DNA of 64,000 nt from Nitrospira sp. (GTDB lineage: Bacteria > Nitrospirota > Nitrospiria > Nitrospirales > Nitrospiraceae). The position numbers were made by a program, and so were the translations under genes. Positions 40,391-50,713 of the stretch are shown piece after piece. The notes beneath the pieces are model-generated. The model made no database searches, was not told the origin of the DNA, and saw only the letters and a list, made by a program, of their open reading frames with translations. Positions within the stretch are counted from its first letter, which is position 1, and every line of letters starts with the position of its first letter. The stretch is taken from assembly GCA_047150005.1 (NCBI GenBank), contig AP038806.1, positions 2,208,001 to 2,272,000 on the forward strand. The letters run 5' to 3'.

Positions 40391-41542
40391 ATGAGGCTGC
40401 CGCCTGCGATTCATGCGGAGCTGCAATCCGCCGTGAACGACGGCGTGTTTCCCGGCGTTGTTCTCGCGGTTCGGTTGCGAGGACAGGCGCCGTATCTTGC
40501 CGCGGCGGGACGATTGTCTTCGGGCTCCGCCAGTCCGCCGGCGGAAGTCTTCACACTCTACGATCTCGCGTCACTGACCAAGCCGCTGGTTACCGTCACC
40601 TCGATCCTGATGCTCGTGCAACGGGCCGAACTCTGCCTGGATGATCCAATCGAAAATCGCCTGCCGGAACTCGCGGGTAGTGCCGTCGGGCAGGCCTCAT
40701 TGAAAGACCTGCTGACGCACAGCTCCGGCCTCCCAGGATGGAGGCCGTTGTATGAGCGGTTGTATGAAGGGACGGCGGTGAAGGGCCGGGTACCTGGTTG
40801 CATCGAGCCGCTAGCCGCCAGGTCTGCGGTGCTGGACCTGATCCGTAACGAGCCGTTGGTCTATGCCAGAGGGACCAGGAGCCTGTATAGCGACCTGGGG
40901 TTCATCCTTCTCGGGCTCCTCGTCGAACGGGTGGCCGGAGTCATGTTGGACGAGTGGTATCGTTTGGCGGTGACGGATACTCTCGGCGCCGCTCCGTTAC
41001 TGTTTGCTCCCATCTCAGGAGCGGGCGTCGACAGCGAGCTCTCCACCGAGAAGGCTGCGGGGATTGCCCCGACCGAGTACGATACCTGGCGGCAGAGACT
41101 GCTGAGGGGAGAAGTTCATGACGAGAATGCTGCGGCTCTGGGCGGGATCGCCGGCCATGCCGGACTTTTCGGGACGGCTGAAGGAGTCCTCGCCGTTTCC
41201 GGACCCTGGCTGGACGCGTACCATGGAAAGGACTCGATCTTCTCTCCCGACCTCGTTCGCCGCTTCGTTGCCCGGCAGACGAACGTTCCGCAGTCGAGTT
41301 GGGCTTTGGGGTGGGATACACCGACCAAGCCTTCGTCTTCCGGCAGCTATTTCTCGGAATGCGCCTTCGGACATCTCGGATACACGGGAACGTCGGTATG
41401 GGTAGATCCGATTCGAAACCTTGAAGTCGTGATCCTGTCGAACCGCGTGCATCCGACCAGAAGAAATGAGAAGATCCGCGAATTTCGCCCGCGAATTCAC
41501 GATCTGATCATTCGAGAGTTCGCGCTGTCGGAGAGAGGCTAG
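40391..41542 (+). CDS. Serine hydrolase, beta-lactamase class C-like family
   Basis: DLASLTK (SxxK), LLTHSSG, YSDLG, GEVHDEN, GHAGLF, FGHLGYTG. Confidence 0.9.
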   Translation: MRLPPAIHAELQSAVNDGVFPGVVLAVRLRGQAPYLAAAGRLSSGSASPPAEVFTLYDLASLTKPLVTVTSILMLVQRAELCLDDPIENRLPELAGSAVGQASLKDLLTHSSGLPGWRPLYERLYEGTAVKGRVPGCIEPLAARSAVLDLIRNEPLVYARGTRSLYSDLGFILLGLLVERVAGVMLDEWYRLAVTDTLGAAPLLFAPISGAGVDSELSTEKAAGIAPTEYDTWRQRLLRGEVHDENAAALGGIAGHAGLFGTAEGVLAVSGPWLDAYHGKDSIFSPDLVRRFVARQTNVPQSSWALGWDTPTKPSSSGSYFSECAFGHLGYTGTSVWVDPIRNLEVVILSNRVHPTRRNEKIREFRPRIHDLIIREFALSERG

Positions 41543-41856
41543 GCAGGGTCGGGGTAGTCGGTCCAGGTTTCCTTTTCGGCAAGATACTTCGTACCTTTGA
41601 AGTTCGCCCGCGTCCGAAGTCGCCGAAAGCCCAATCGAGAAAGCTTCTCGACAAGCTCCTTCACTGCCGCAGCGATCGTCGGGTGTGACTGTCCTTCGAC
41701 GGTTAGGGCTTCATACATCACCTTGGCCGCGTAACCGGACGTTGTACGGTTGACGAGAATGGCGCGGTTAAAGTAGCGATCGCTGGGATCGACCCCTTCG
41801 ATTTGATGCTTCTCGACCAGTCCGTCCTTTTTGAAGAGTGATGCGAGAGAAGTCAT
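41539..41856 (-). CDS. Hypothetical protein (105 aa)
   Basis: Protein-like composition, GGAG RBS before MTSLASLFKK, fills the gap between genes. Confidence 0.7.
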   Translation of the reverse strand: MTSLASLFKKDGLVEKHQIEGVDPSDRYFNRAILVNRTTSGYAAKVMYEALTVEGQSHPTIAAAVKELVEKLSRLGFRRLRTRANFKGTKYLAEKETWTDYPDPA

Positions 41857-41933
41857 GGGCTCTCCACGAGACCGATCCAACCGTTCGCTTGTCAGGCGGC
41901 AGTATAGGGAAGGTCCCGGCGGACTGCAAGACA

Positions 41934-41962
41934 TTGACAACCCAAAACGCCCCTCCTATCCT
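41934..41962 (+). promoter_or_regulatory. Putative sigma70 promoter
   Basis: TTGACA-N17-TATCCT upstream of 42003. Confidence 0.55.
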
Positions 41963-42002
41963 TTTTCGTCCGACTGCGCGCGAAGTGGCGCTTCCGACTG
42001 GC

Positions 42003-42539
42003 ATGAATATTCCCAACAGCTTGACTCTGCTGCGCATTCTGTTGATCCCCGTGTATATCGGGCTACTGGTCTATGAGCAATTTGATCAGGCTCTGCTGGT
42101 GTTGCTCGCGGCGGGAGTGACCGACGCGCTCGACGGCACAATCGCCAGGGCGGCGAATCAGAAAACCCGCCTTGGCGCCTTCCTCGATCCTCTGGCCGAC
42201 AAACTGCTGCTGACGTCCGGGTTCATCACGCTGTCGACAATTCACGCGATTCCTTCGTGGGTCACCATCCTCGTGGTCAGTCGGGACGTCATGCTTCTGC
42301 TGGGTACCGCGGTCGCGCAGCTCACCGAGACCGAAATCGATATTACGCCGACCTTCCTCGGGAAAGGCACGACGTTCCTGCAACTCTCCTACGTCCTCCT
42401 GGTGATCTTCTTGAGTTCCCGTCAGATCGACCTGCAGTACCTTCATCCCTTGCTCTTCGGCATGGTGGCCTTCACGCTGCTGTCCGGATTTCACTACCTG
42501 TATCGCGGCTATCGACGGGCAGGTTCCGTCGGCATGTAA
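42003..42539 (+). CDS. CDP-alcohol phosphatidyltransferase (PgsA-like)
   Basis: NIPNSLTLLR; DALDGTIAR...GAFLDPLADK. Confidence 0.92.
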   Translation: MNIPNSLTLLRILLIPVYIGLLVYEQFDQALLVLLAAGVTDALDGTIARAANQKTRLGAFLDPLADKLLLTSGFITLSTIHAIPSWVTILVVSRDVMLLLGTAVAQLTETEIDITPTFLGKGTTFLQLSYVLLVIFLSSRQIDLQYLHPLLFGMVAFTLLSGFHYLYRGYRRAGSVGM

Positions 42540-42599
42540 TCCGTGTCCCGGTCCGTCATACGAACCGACGTCGGATGCGTGCTCGGAACATGCATTTGT

Positions 42600-42628
42600 T
42601 TGACAGGTTTTGGGGTCGTCAGTAGACT
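42600..42628 (+). promoter_or_regulatory. Putative sigma70 promoter of pilC
   Basis: TTGACA-N17-TAGACT. Confidence 0.6.
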
Positions 42629-42696
42629 CGCTCGATAGAGCCTAGGATTTCGCAGGCTTTGCTTCCGCACCCATCATGTAGCCAGTGGAGTGATCT

Positions 42697-43911
42697 ATGT
42701 CGACCTTCGCATATGTCGGGCGCTCCCGGTCTGGTGCCGTCAGGAAAGGCGAGCTCTCCGCCAAAAACCGGGACGAAGCCGTCGATCAACTCCGCAAGCA
42801 AAGCATCGTCGTCACCAGTCTCGACGAAAAGGCGGGAAAGTCCGGTTTCAAGATCAGCTTCGGGACCGGATTGACCGACAAAGACCTGGTGGTCTTTACG
42901 CGTCAATTCGGTACCATGATCAATGCGGGTCTTCCGCTGGTGCAATGTCTGGAAATTCTCTCCACGCAATCGGAAAACAAGGCCCTGCGTGAATCGATCG
43001 GTGAGGTGAAAGTGCAGGTCGAGGCGGGCTCCACGTTTTCCGATGCCTTGCGCCGCCATCCGAAGGTGTTCGACGATTTGTACGTGAACATGGTGCACGC
43101 CGGTGAAGTCGGCGGCCTGCTCGATACGATCCTCACCAGGTTGGCAAAACACATCGAGAAGGCCATGAAGCTCAAGGGACAAATCAAGTCCGCCATGGTC
43201 TATCCGGCGGCGATTCTCGGAGTCGCCGGAGTCGTCATCACGGTGCTGATGATTTGGGTCATTCCGATCTTCGCAAAAATGTTCGACGAATTGTCGAGCG
43301 GCAAGGTGGGACTGCCTGGGCCTACGCAACTGGTCATCGACATCAGCAACGCGTTCCGATCCTATTGGTATGTCGCGGTCGGGCTGGTCGTAGGGATGAT
43401 ATTCGGCGTGAAGAAATATTATGCGACCCCCAAAGGTCGGATGGCGATCGACAAGTTCCTTCTGAAGACTCCCGTATTCGGGGACCTCATTCGAAAAGCC
43501 TCCGTGGCCAAGTTCACGCGGACACTCGGCACGTTGTTGTCGAGCGGCGTCCCATTGCTGGACGGCCTCTCGATTTGCGCCAAGACTTCCGGCAACAAGG
43601 TGATCGAAGAAGCGCTGTTGAACGCCAGGGTCAGCATCAGCGGGGGCAAGACGATCGCCGATCCTCTGACCCAGAGCCAGGTGTTTCCCAAGATGGTCAC
43701 CCATATGATCGCCGTTGGAGAATCGACCGGCGCGCTGGATGCGATGTTGGGCAAGATCGCCGATTTTTATGAAGACGAAGTCGACCAGGCGGTCGCCTCC
43801 CTAACGTCGTTGCTCGAGCCGATGATGATGGTGTTCCTGGGGATCGTCATCGGGTTCATTGTCATCGCGATGTATCTTCCCATCTTCAAGATGGCGTCGG
43901 CGATCGGGTAG
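42697..43911 (+). CDS. pilC: Type IV pilus inner-membrane platform protein (GspF/PilC family)
   Basis: FTRQFGTMINAGLPL, AGEVGG, AMVYP, GESTGALD, LEPMMM...MYLPIF. Confidence 0.95.
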   Translation: MSTFAYVGRSRSGAVRKGELSAKNRDEAVDQLRKQSIVVTSLDEKAGKSGFKISFGTGLTDKDLVVFTRQFGTMINAGLPLVQCLEILSTQSENKALRESIGEVKVQVEAGSTFSDALRRHPKVFDDLYVNMVHAGEVGGLLDTILTRLAKHIEKAMKLKGQIKSAMVYPAAILGVAGVVITVLMIWVIPIFAKMFDELSSGKVGLPGPTQLVIDISNAFRSYWYVAVGLVVGMIFGVKKYYATPKGRMAIDKFLLKTPVFGDLIRKASVAKFTRTLGTLLSSGVPLLDGLSICAKTSGNKVIEEALLNARVSISGGKTIADPLTQSQVFPKMVTHMIAVGESTGALDAMLGKIADFYEDEVDQAVASLTSLLEPMMMVFLGIVIGFIVIAMYLPIFKMASAIG

Positions 43912-44081
43912 GAGAGCGGCGCATTTATCACCGCTTCCCGCAGCCGGCTTCTACGGATGCGGTTCGGCACGGTGGGTCCATCGGTTTGCTCGGACCGCTT
44001 CTCCCGCGTCCATCGACCGGGTCCAGGATCTCCCAACACGCCTTGACGCCGTTTCACAGGCATCGTTTCTTGTCTGACGAC

Positions 44082-45779
44082 ATGGATGAATTGCGGGCCA
44101 GACTGCGCTGGTTGATGGCGTTCCGGGTGGCGATTGTCACCTTGATGCTCGGCTTGTCCCTCGTGTTTCAAACCGCAAAAGGAGGGCAAGTCGAAACGTA
44201 CTATGCGCTCATCATCCTGACCTATGCGGTCACTATTCCTTCCGCCCTGTTGCTTCCATCTCTCGCCGCTCCCTCAAGCCTCACGATATTTTTCTGGGCG
44301 CAAGTCGGGATCGATTTTCTTCTGGAAACCGTGTTGGTGGTGCGAACCGGAGGCGTCGACAGCCCGTTTGCGGTGCTCTATGTCATGACGGTGACGGTCG
44401 CGAGCCTCGTGCCGCGAAAACACGTCGGACTGCTCGCGGCATGCGGCTGCATCATTCTCTTCGGCACGGTGACGAATATCCAACTCTACGGGCTTGCCGA
44501 CGGGTGGGAGTGGATGTCGAAGAGCCATTTGACCGGCCCTGAGACGTTCCAAACCTTTGGCGCCTATGCGCTGGCGCTTCTGGTGGTGGGATTACTCAGC
44601 GGGACCTTGGCCGATCAACTTCAACAGGCCGACCGTTCGTTACGCGAAAAGGAACAAGGGCTGACCAGACTCCAGGCCTTTCACGAAAATATCGTCCAGA
44701 GCATCAGCAGCGGTGTATTCACCGCTGACGGGAGCGGGGCGATCACCTCCTTCAATCCGGCCGCGCAGGAAGCCACGGGGTACACGCTATCTCGTGTCCT
44801 TGGGCACCAGTGGCGCGAGGTATTCAATTGGCATCCCGCGCAGCCGCTGCACGAGGGTGGAAACGGCATGGTGGCGGCTGTGAGCCGCTTTGAAGTGGAA
44901 TGCAAACGTGCCGATGGAAACCGACTCGTACTGGGCATGACGGTGTCCCCGCTTCACGAGCAGGGACAACAGGAGGGCTTGGTCGGGGTCTTCAAGGATC
45001 TGACGCAGATCAGGGACCTTGAGGAGGAAATGCGTCGGAGAGAATGGCTGGCCAACCTGGGTGAAATGTCGGCGGGCATGGCTCACGAGATCCGAAACCC
45101 CCTCGGCGCGTTGGCGGGAGCCATGCAGATGCTCAGGAAGGAAGCGGCGGCGGACGATACAGATCGGAGGTTGATGGATATCGCGATCAGGGAAGCCACG
45201 CGATTGGATTCGATCATCACGGAATTTCTGCAGTACGCCCGTCCGCCGGCGCTCAATTTGGCGGAGTCCGATATCAACAAAGTCCTTGCCGAGACTCTGG
45301 ATCTGGTCCAACATGAGGCACGGACCCGCTCGAACATCAAGATCGTGACCACGCTCGCATCGGGCTTGCTCGTCGCTCAGATCGATCAGAATCAAATGCG
45401 GCAGGTCTTCTGGAATCTCGCGACGAATGCCTTCGAAGCCATGCCGGACGGTGGGCAACTGACCATCGCCACCGGATGCCGCCAGATCGATGCAGGAGGC
45501 CGAAAAGGAGAGGTCATCGAGATCTCGTTTCAGGACCAGGGAGAAGGGATTCCTAAAGAGAACCTCGACAAGATTTTCCTCCCGTTTTTCACGACCAAGA
45601 AAGAAGGATCCGGATTGGGCCTGGCAGCGGTCCATCGTATCGTCGACCTGCACGGAGGATGGATCAAGGTGGAAAGCGATCGACAGCAGGGGACGCGCTT
45701 CGTCGTATGCATGCCCCGGTCCGGGGGCGACGGCGTACGGCTTTGGCATGAGGGACGAACACCGTGGAAAAGATCCTAG
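44082..45779 (+). CDS. pilS: PilS-like PAS sensor histidine kinase
   Basis: N-terminal TMs, PAS, AHEIRNPL, NLATNA, DQGEG, PFFTTK..GSGLGL. Confidence 0.88.
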   Translation: MDELRARLRWLMAFRVAIVTLMLGLSLVFQTAKGGQVETYYALIILTYAVTIPSALLLPSLAAPSSLTIFFWAQVGIDFLLETVLVVRTGGVDSPFAVLYVMTVTVASLVPRKHVGLLAACGCIILFGTVTNIQLYGLADGWEWMSKSHLTGPETFQTFGAYALALLVVGLLSGTLADQLQQADRSLREKEQGLTRLQAFHENIVQSISSGVFTADGSGAITSFNPAAQEATGYTLSRVLGHQWREVFNWHPAQPLHEGGNGMVAAVSRFEVECKRADGNRLVLGMTVSPLHEQGQQEGLVGVFKDLTQIRDLEEEMRRREWLANLGEMSAGMAHEIRNPLGALAGAMQMLRKEAAADDTDRRLMDIAIREATRLDSIITEFLQYARPPALNLAESDINKVLAETLDLVQHEARTRSNIKIVTTLASGLLVAQIDQNQMRQVFWNLATNAFEAMPDGGQLTIATGCRQIDAGGRKGEVIEISFQDQGEGIPKENLDKIFLPFFTTKKEGSGLGLAAVHRIVDLHGGWIKVESDRQQGTRFVVCMPRSGGDGVRLWHEGRTPWKRS

Positions 45780-47149
45780 TCGTCGATGACGAGAAGAGCC
45801 TCCGTGAAGTGATGAGCATTATGCTCAAGCGAGCCGGCTACGCGGTGACGGAGGCGTCCGACGGCGAAGAGGCGATCGGCCAGGTCAATAAGGACATCTT
45901 CGATCTGGTCATCACCGATCTGCGCATGCCGAAGGCCGACGGGATGGACGTCCTCAAAGCGGTCAAATCCTCCTCGCCGGACACGGTCGTGCTGGTGGTC
46001 ACGGCGTTCGCGACGGCCGATTCCGCGGTCGAAGCCATGAAGCAGGGAGCGTACGACTATCTCACCAAACCGTTTCAAGTCGACGAGGTTCAACTCATCA
46101 TCCGCAATGCGCTCGAGAAACGACGGTTGTCGACCGAGAACATGCTCCTCAAGCGGGAGATGGCCAGCCAGTCGTCTTTCGCGCAGATCGTCGGTCAAAG
46201 TGAGGCGATGCAGAAGGTATTCGACGTGGTGCGGAGGGTGGCGGACGCCAAGAGCAATGTTCTCATCTGCGGAGAAAGCGGAACGGGGAAGGAACTGATC
46301 GCCCGAGCGATTCATTACAACAGCGCCCGCAGTACGATGCCGTTCGTCGCGGTGAACTGCAGCGCTGTGCCCGAGACATTGCTCGAAAGCGAGCTGTTCG
46401 GACATATGAAGGGATCGTTCACTGGCGCCATGGCGAACAAGGCCGGACTCTTCGAAGTGGCGAACGGGGGCACAATCTTCCTCGACGAGATCGGCGATAC
46501 GACCCCGGCGATACAGGTGAAGCTCTTGCGGGTGATTCAAGAGCGGGAATTTCGGCGCGTCGGCGGCAATCAGGATGTGAAGGTCGACGTCCGCGTCATC
46601 GCGGCCACCAATCGTGATCTGGAGAAGGCCGTGGCGGACGGGTCTTTCCGGGAAGACCTGTACTATCGGCTCGATGTGATTCCGATCCGCCTGCCGCCGT
46701 TACGGCTTCGGACCGGCGACATCCCTCTCCTGGTCAAACACTTCCTGGAAAAGTTCGCGCAGGATAGTGGGAAGGCGGCGCCGGTTCTGACCTCCGAGGC
46801 CATGCATGTTCTGTTCGGTCACGAATGGCGCGGCAATGTGCGCGAACTCGAAAACCTGATCGAACGTGTAGTCGCCTTTGCCGCGGGAGGGTCGGTCACG
46901 GAACACGACATCCGTGGATGGCTGCATCACTCGGTGACACCGCAGGCTCAGCAGGGCATTCCGACGGACCTCCCGGAGGACGGTCTGGACTTGGAAGGAC
47001 TGATCAACGGCATCGAGAAGGATCTCCTGATGAAGGCGCTGGAGCGAACCAGATGGGTCAAGAAGAAGGCCGCGCGGCTCCTGAAGCTCAACACTCGATC
47101 CTTTCGGTATCGGCTGGAGAAGTATGCTATAAAAGGAGGCCGTGACTAA
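45764..47149 (+). CDS. pilR: PilR-like sigma54-dependent response regulator
   Basis: REC domain, GESGTGKE, GSFTGA (GAFTGA variant), FLDEIG, WRGNVREL, Fis HTH. Confidence 0.88.
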   Translation: MEKILVVDDEKSLREVMSIMLKRAGYAVTEASDGEEAIGQVNKDIFDLVITDLRMPKADGMDVLKAVKSSSPDTVVLVVTAFATADSAVEAMKQGAYDYLTKPFQVDEVQLIIRNALEKRRLSTENMLLKREMASQSSFAQIVGQSEAMQKVFDVVRRVADAKSNVLICGESGTGKELIARAIHYNSARSTMPFVAVNCSAVPETLLESELFGHMKGSFTGAMANKAGLFEVANGGTIFLDEIGDTTPAIQVKLLRVIQEREFRRVGGNQDVKVDVRVIAATNRDLEKAVADGSFREDLYYRLDVIPIRLPPLRLRTGDIPLLVKHFLEKFAQDSGKAAPVLTSEAMHVLFGHEWRGNVRELENLIERVVAFAAGGSVTEHDIRGWLHHSVTPQAQQGIPTDLPEDGLDLEGLINGIEKDLLMKALERTRWVKKKAARLLKLNTRSFRYRLEKYAIKGGRD

Positions 47150-48065
47150 CTGTGCCTCCGCATCCGAACCAACTGGCTCCTCTTCCGCGGTCACCATTTC
47201 GGCCCCCGCAAAAATCAATCTCATCCTCCGAATCCTAGGCCGTCGTTCCGACGGCTATCACAATATCTGGTCGATCATGCAGACTGTCGCCCTGGAAGAC
47301 GAGGTGCGACTTCGTCTGTCGACCTCAGAACAGGTTCATCTCCGATGCGATTCGACGGAGTTGCAGGGTGATCACAACAATCTTGTCCACAAGGCCGCGG
47401 TTGCCGTGTTGGACCGGGCCCGGATGGCGGTCGGGCTTGAAATCGAACTCAAGAAAACAATTCCGCTGGGAGCGGGCTTGGGCGGAGGGAGCAGCGACGC
47501 GGCCGCGACGATCATAGGTCTGAATCGGCTGTTGCGGCTCGGATGGTCTCAGATGCAGATGCGGGACCTTGCGGGGGCGTTGGGCAGTGATGTGCCGTTT
47601 TTCCTGTTCGCGCCGTCGGCCGTCGTCTCCGGGCGCGGAGAAGTGGTCAAGCCCGTGGCCGCTCACGGTATTCGCTGGGCGGTCCTGGTGAATCCGGGAT
47701 TTGCCGTCGAGACGAGATGGGCCTACCACGAACTGGCTGCTTCCCGCCAGGGAGCGACTCCCTTGTCGGATAAGCAGCGGGCACTGGACGAACAGACTCA
47801 GATGGATTGGCAGCACCTCAAGGCGGCAGCGGAGAATGACTTCGAGGCACCGGTTTTCGCCAAGCACCCGATTTTGGGCCGGATCAAGCAAGCTCTCCTC
47901 GCGCAGGGGGCCGAGATTGCTCTCTTGTCGGGCAGCGGGGCCACGGTGTTCGGACTCTTTGGGGATGAACAGTCAGCCCGACGCGCCCAGGTGGAATTTC
48001 TGTCCGATGAACGGCTGAAAACCTTTGTGGTCCCGACCTGTTCGGGGCCGCTTGCCATCCGCTAA
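47142..48065 (+). CDS. ispE: 4-diphosphocytidyl-2-C-methyl-D-erythritol kinase
   Basis: APAKINL, DGYH, IPLGAGLGGGSSDAA, GSDVPFF, NDFE, SGSG. Confidence 0.96.
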   Translation: MTNCASASEPTGSSSAVTISAPAKINLILRILGRRSDGYHNIWSIMQTVALEDEVRLRLSTSEQVHLRCDSTELQGDHNNLVHKAAVAVLDRARMAVGLEIELKKTIPLGAGLGGGSSDAAATIIGLNRLLRLGWSQMQMRDLAGALGSDVPFFLFAPSAVVSGRGEVVKPVAAHGIRWAVLVNPGFAVETRWAYHELAASRQGATPLSDKQRALDEQTQMDWQHLKAAAENDFEAPVFAKHPILGRIKQALLAQGAEIALLSGSGATVFGLFGDEQSARRAQVEFLSDERLKTFVVPTCSGPLAIR

Positions 48066-48103
48066 TGGCCCGTCCGTAGCGACATGCAGTTGTCTGCGCT
48101 TGG

Positions 48104-48133
48104 TTGACAAGACCCTGCGGATTCCGTTAGAGT
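48104..48133 (+). promoter_or_regulatory. Putative sigma70 promoter of prs
   Basis: TTGACA-N18-TAGAGT. Confidence 0.5.
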
Positions 48134-48280
48134 CTTTTCCCTCAGTTGGCTTCCTCAACAACGCGCAGCAAACAGGGGTAGGCGGGTTCCAATTCTCGCC
48201 CACTTCGGCCCGTCGTCGAGACGAACCACGACTCAGTCAGGATCTGAATAGGCTAATCCAGAGGATCGCTCGAGGGACCG

Positions 48281-49222
48281 ATGAGCAGAGAACTGATGAT
48301 TTTCTCTGGCAACGCGAACTTGGCCCTCGCCCATGAAATCTGCGCCTATCTCGGCGTCAAACTGGGCGAGGCGACCGTGGCCTCCTTTAGTGATGGAGAG
48401 ATCAGGGTCAAGATCGAGGAGAATGTCCGCGGAGCCGATGTCTTCGTCGTGCAATCGTCCTGCGAGCCGGTCAACGACTCCCTGATGGAGTTGCTGATCA
48501 TGATCGATGCGCTCAAGCGGTCGTCCGCCAACCGCATCACCGCCGTCATTCCGTATTTCGGTTATGCCAGGCAAGACCGCAAGGACCAGCCTCGCGTTCC
48601 GATTTCGGCCAAACTGGTCGCGGATCTCATCAGCACGGCCGGGACGGACCGGGTGTTGACCATGGATCTCCATGCCGGACAGATTCAGGGGTTCTTTAAT
48701 GTGCCGGTCGACCATCTCTATGCGTTGCCGGTCCTGTTGGACTACATCATGAAGAAGAAGGTCAAGGATCTCGTGATCGTGTCACCCGATGCCGGCGGCG
48801 TCGAACGGGCCCGTGCCTTCGCCAAGCGGTTGCAGGCCACCCTGGCCATCATCGACAAGCGGCGCGAGGGGCCGAATCAGACGCAGATCATGAACATCAT
48901 CGGAGACGTCGAAGGCAAGAGCGCGTTGCTCTTGGACGACATGATCGATACGGCCGGGACGATTGTGCAAGGAGCCCAGGCCTGCGCCGACAAGGGGGCC
49001 CGTGAAGTCTGGACCGCCTGTACGCACGCGGTTCTGTCAGGCCCGGCCCTCGAGCGATTGCGGGGGTCCTGCATCAAACAGGTCATCGTGACGAATACGA
49101 TTCCACTTCGAGGCAAGGAGCAGACCTGCCCGAAACTGTATCAATTGTCGGTCGCGCCGTTGTTGGGCGAAGCCATCCGACGCATCCATGAAGACGAATC
49201 GGTGAGTTCACTGTTCGCCTAG
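48281..49222 (+). CDS. prs: Ribose-phosphate pyrophosphokinase
   Basis: [46 protein letters not shown]. Confidence 0.98.
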   Translation: MSRELMIFSGNANLALAHEICAYLGVKLGEATVASFSDGEIRVKIEENVRGADVFVVQSSCEPVNDSLMELLIMIDALKRSSANRITAVIPYFGYARQDRKDQPRVPISAKLVADLISTAGTDRVLTMDLHAGQIQGFFNVPVDHLYALPVLLDYIMKKKVKDLVIVSPDAGGVERARAFAKRLQATLAIIDKRREGPNQTQIMNIIGDVEGKSALLLDDMIDTAGTIVQGAQACADKGAREVWTACTHAVLSGPALERLRGSCIKQVIVTNTIPLRGKEQTCPKLYQLSVAPLLGEAIRRIHEDESVSSLFA

Positions 49223-49257
49223 CGCGGGATTGTGAAGACGCGGAACGGAGGAGTGAC

Positions 49258-50049
49258 ATGAAATTCGATTTGGCGGTCGCCGTGCGGGAAAAATCCGGTA
49301 AGGGCGCTGCGCGTCAGATGCGGCGGGAAGGGAAAGTCCCCGCGGTGTTGTACGGGCAAGGTGAGTGCCTTCTGTTGACCATCGAGCCGGAGCCTCTGGT
49401 CAGAATCCTGAAGTCGCAAGCGGGCAGCACGGCGCTTATTTCGCTGAGCATCGCCGGAGTCAAGTCCAACCCGAAGCGAACCGCACTCCTGCGCGATTTC
49501 CAGGTGGACCCCGTGGAGGGCCACGTGCTTCATGCGGATTTGTTTGAGATCTCCATGGAAAAGCCGATTCGTGTGAAGGTGCCGGTGCACGTGATCGGGG
49601 GCACGCCGGCCGGTGTAAAGGAAGGCGGGATCCTCCATTTCAACATGCGCGAACTGTCGGTCGAGTGCTTACCCGCCGCGCTGCCCGATCATATCGAGGT
49701 TGACGCCTCTCCGCTGGCCATCGGGCAGGGAATTCATCTCAAGGAAATCGCCAAGCGCGAAGGTGTCCGCTACCTCGACGATCCGGAGCAGATGGTTGTG
49801 AGCGTTGCCGTGCCGATGTCGGATGCCAAACTCGAAGCCTTATTGACCAGCCAGGCTGCCGGACCGGAAGGGGCGAAGGAGCCGGAAGTCATGGCGAAGG
49901 GCAAAGTTGCGGTGGAAGGTACCGAAGGTGCGGAGGCTTCGAAGGCTGCCGCCCCGGCTGCTGCGGCTGACGCCAAGGCAGGAGAAAAGAAGGAAGCCAC
50001 GGCTGCAGCCCCGAAGGCTGAGAAGAAAGAAGCCGAGAAGAAGAAGTAA
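49258..50049 (+). CDS. rplY: 50S ribosomal protein L25/general stress protein Ctc
   Basis: GKGAARQMRREGKVPAVLYG, HADL, GVKEGG; Ala/Glu/Lys-rich tail. Confidence 0.96.
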   Translation: MKFDLAVAVREKSGKGAARQMRREGKVPAVLYGQGECLLLTIEPEPLVRILKSQAGSTALISLSIAGVKSNPKRTALLRDFQVDPVEGHVLHADLFEISMEKPIRVKVPVHVIGGTPAGVKEGGILHFNMRELSVECLPAALPDHIEVDASPLAIGQGIHLKEIAKREGVRYLDDPEQMVVSVAVPMSDAKLEALLTSQAAGPEGAKEPEVMAKGKVAVEGTEGAEASKAAAPAAAADAKAGEKKEATAAAPKAEKKEAEKKK

Positions 50050-50051
50050 CG

Positions 50052-50636
50052 TTGCGCCTCATCGTTGGGCTGGGCAACCCCGGCACCTCGTACGCCCAGA
50101 CCCGCCATAATGCCGGCATATGGGTGCTGGAGCGGGCTGCCGCCCGATGGGGAATCCGTCTCTCCAGGCGCGGATCCGCTCAGCGGGGGTCGGGGCGGCT
50201 TGGCTCGGAACTCATCGAACTCGCCGGCACCCTCGACTTCATGAATGTGACGGGTCCGCCGCTCAAGGGTCTCCTCCGCCAATACCAGCTTACCGCAGAC
50301 GACCTCTTTCTCATCCATGATGACCTTGATCTGGAACCGGGACGACTCCGGATCAAACAGGCCGGCGGCCACGGCGGACATAACGGCATCAAGTCGGTCG
50401 TCCAAGCCTTGGGCACTCCGGAGTTCGTCAGGATCAAGATCGGGATCGGTCGACCGGCTCCCCGGCAGGATTCGGCGGACTATGTGTTGGAACCGGTGAC
50501 GCAGGAAGAGATGGACGTGTTCGAGCCGTGCCTGGAGCGGGCCGTCGACGCGCTGGAATGCCTGATTCACCAGGGGACCGAGGCGGCAATGAACCGGTTC
50601 AACGTGCGTGATCATCAGAGCGCGATCGAGGAATAA
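50052..50636 (+). CDS. pth: Peptidyl-tRNA hydrolase
   Basis: GLGNPG..Y..TRHNAG, FMN, HDDLD, GGHNG, RIKIGIGRP. Confidence 0.97.
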   Translation: MRLIVGLGNPGTSYAQTRHNAGIWVLERAAARWGIRLSRRGSAQRGSGRLGSELIELAGTLDFMNVTGPPLKGLLRQYQLTADDLFLIHDDLDLEPGRLRIKQAGGHGGHNGIKSVVQALGTPEFVRIKIGIGRPAPRQDSADYVLEPVTQEEMDVFEPCLERAVDALECLIHQGTEAAMNRFNVRDHQSAIEE

Positions 50637-50713
50637 ACGACCGGTGGATAGAATCTGGTTGTCGGGGGCTCAGGTATCGGCATCGTGATCGGTGACGGGA
50701 AATAGGGTGAAGC

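Noticed and set aside
48135..48280. tRNA-Gln expected between ispE and prs; T-arm-like GGCGGGTTCCAATTCTCGCC
   Set aside because: No cloverleaf, D-arm or anticodon arm could be built; at most a leader hairpin.
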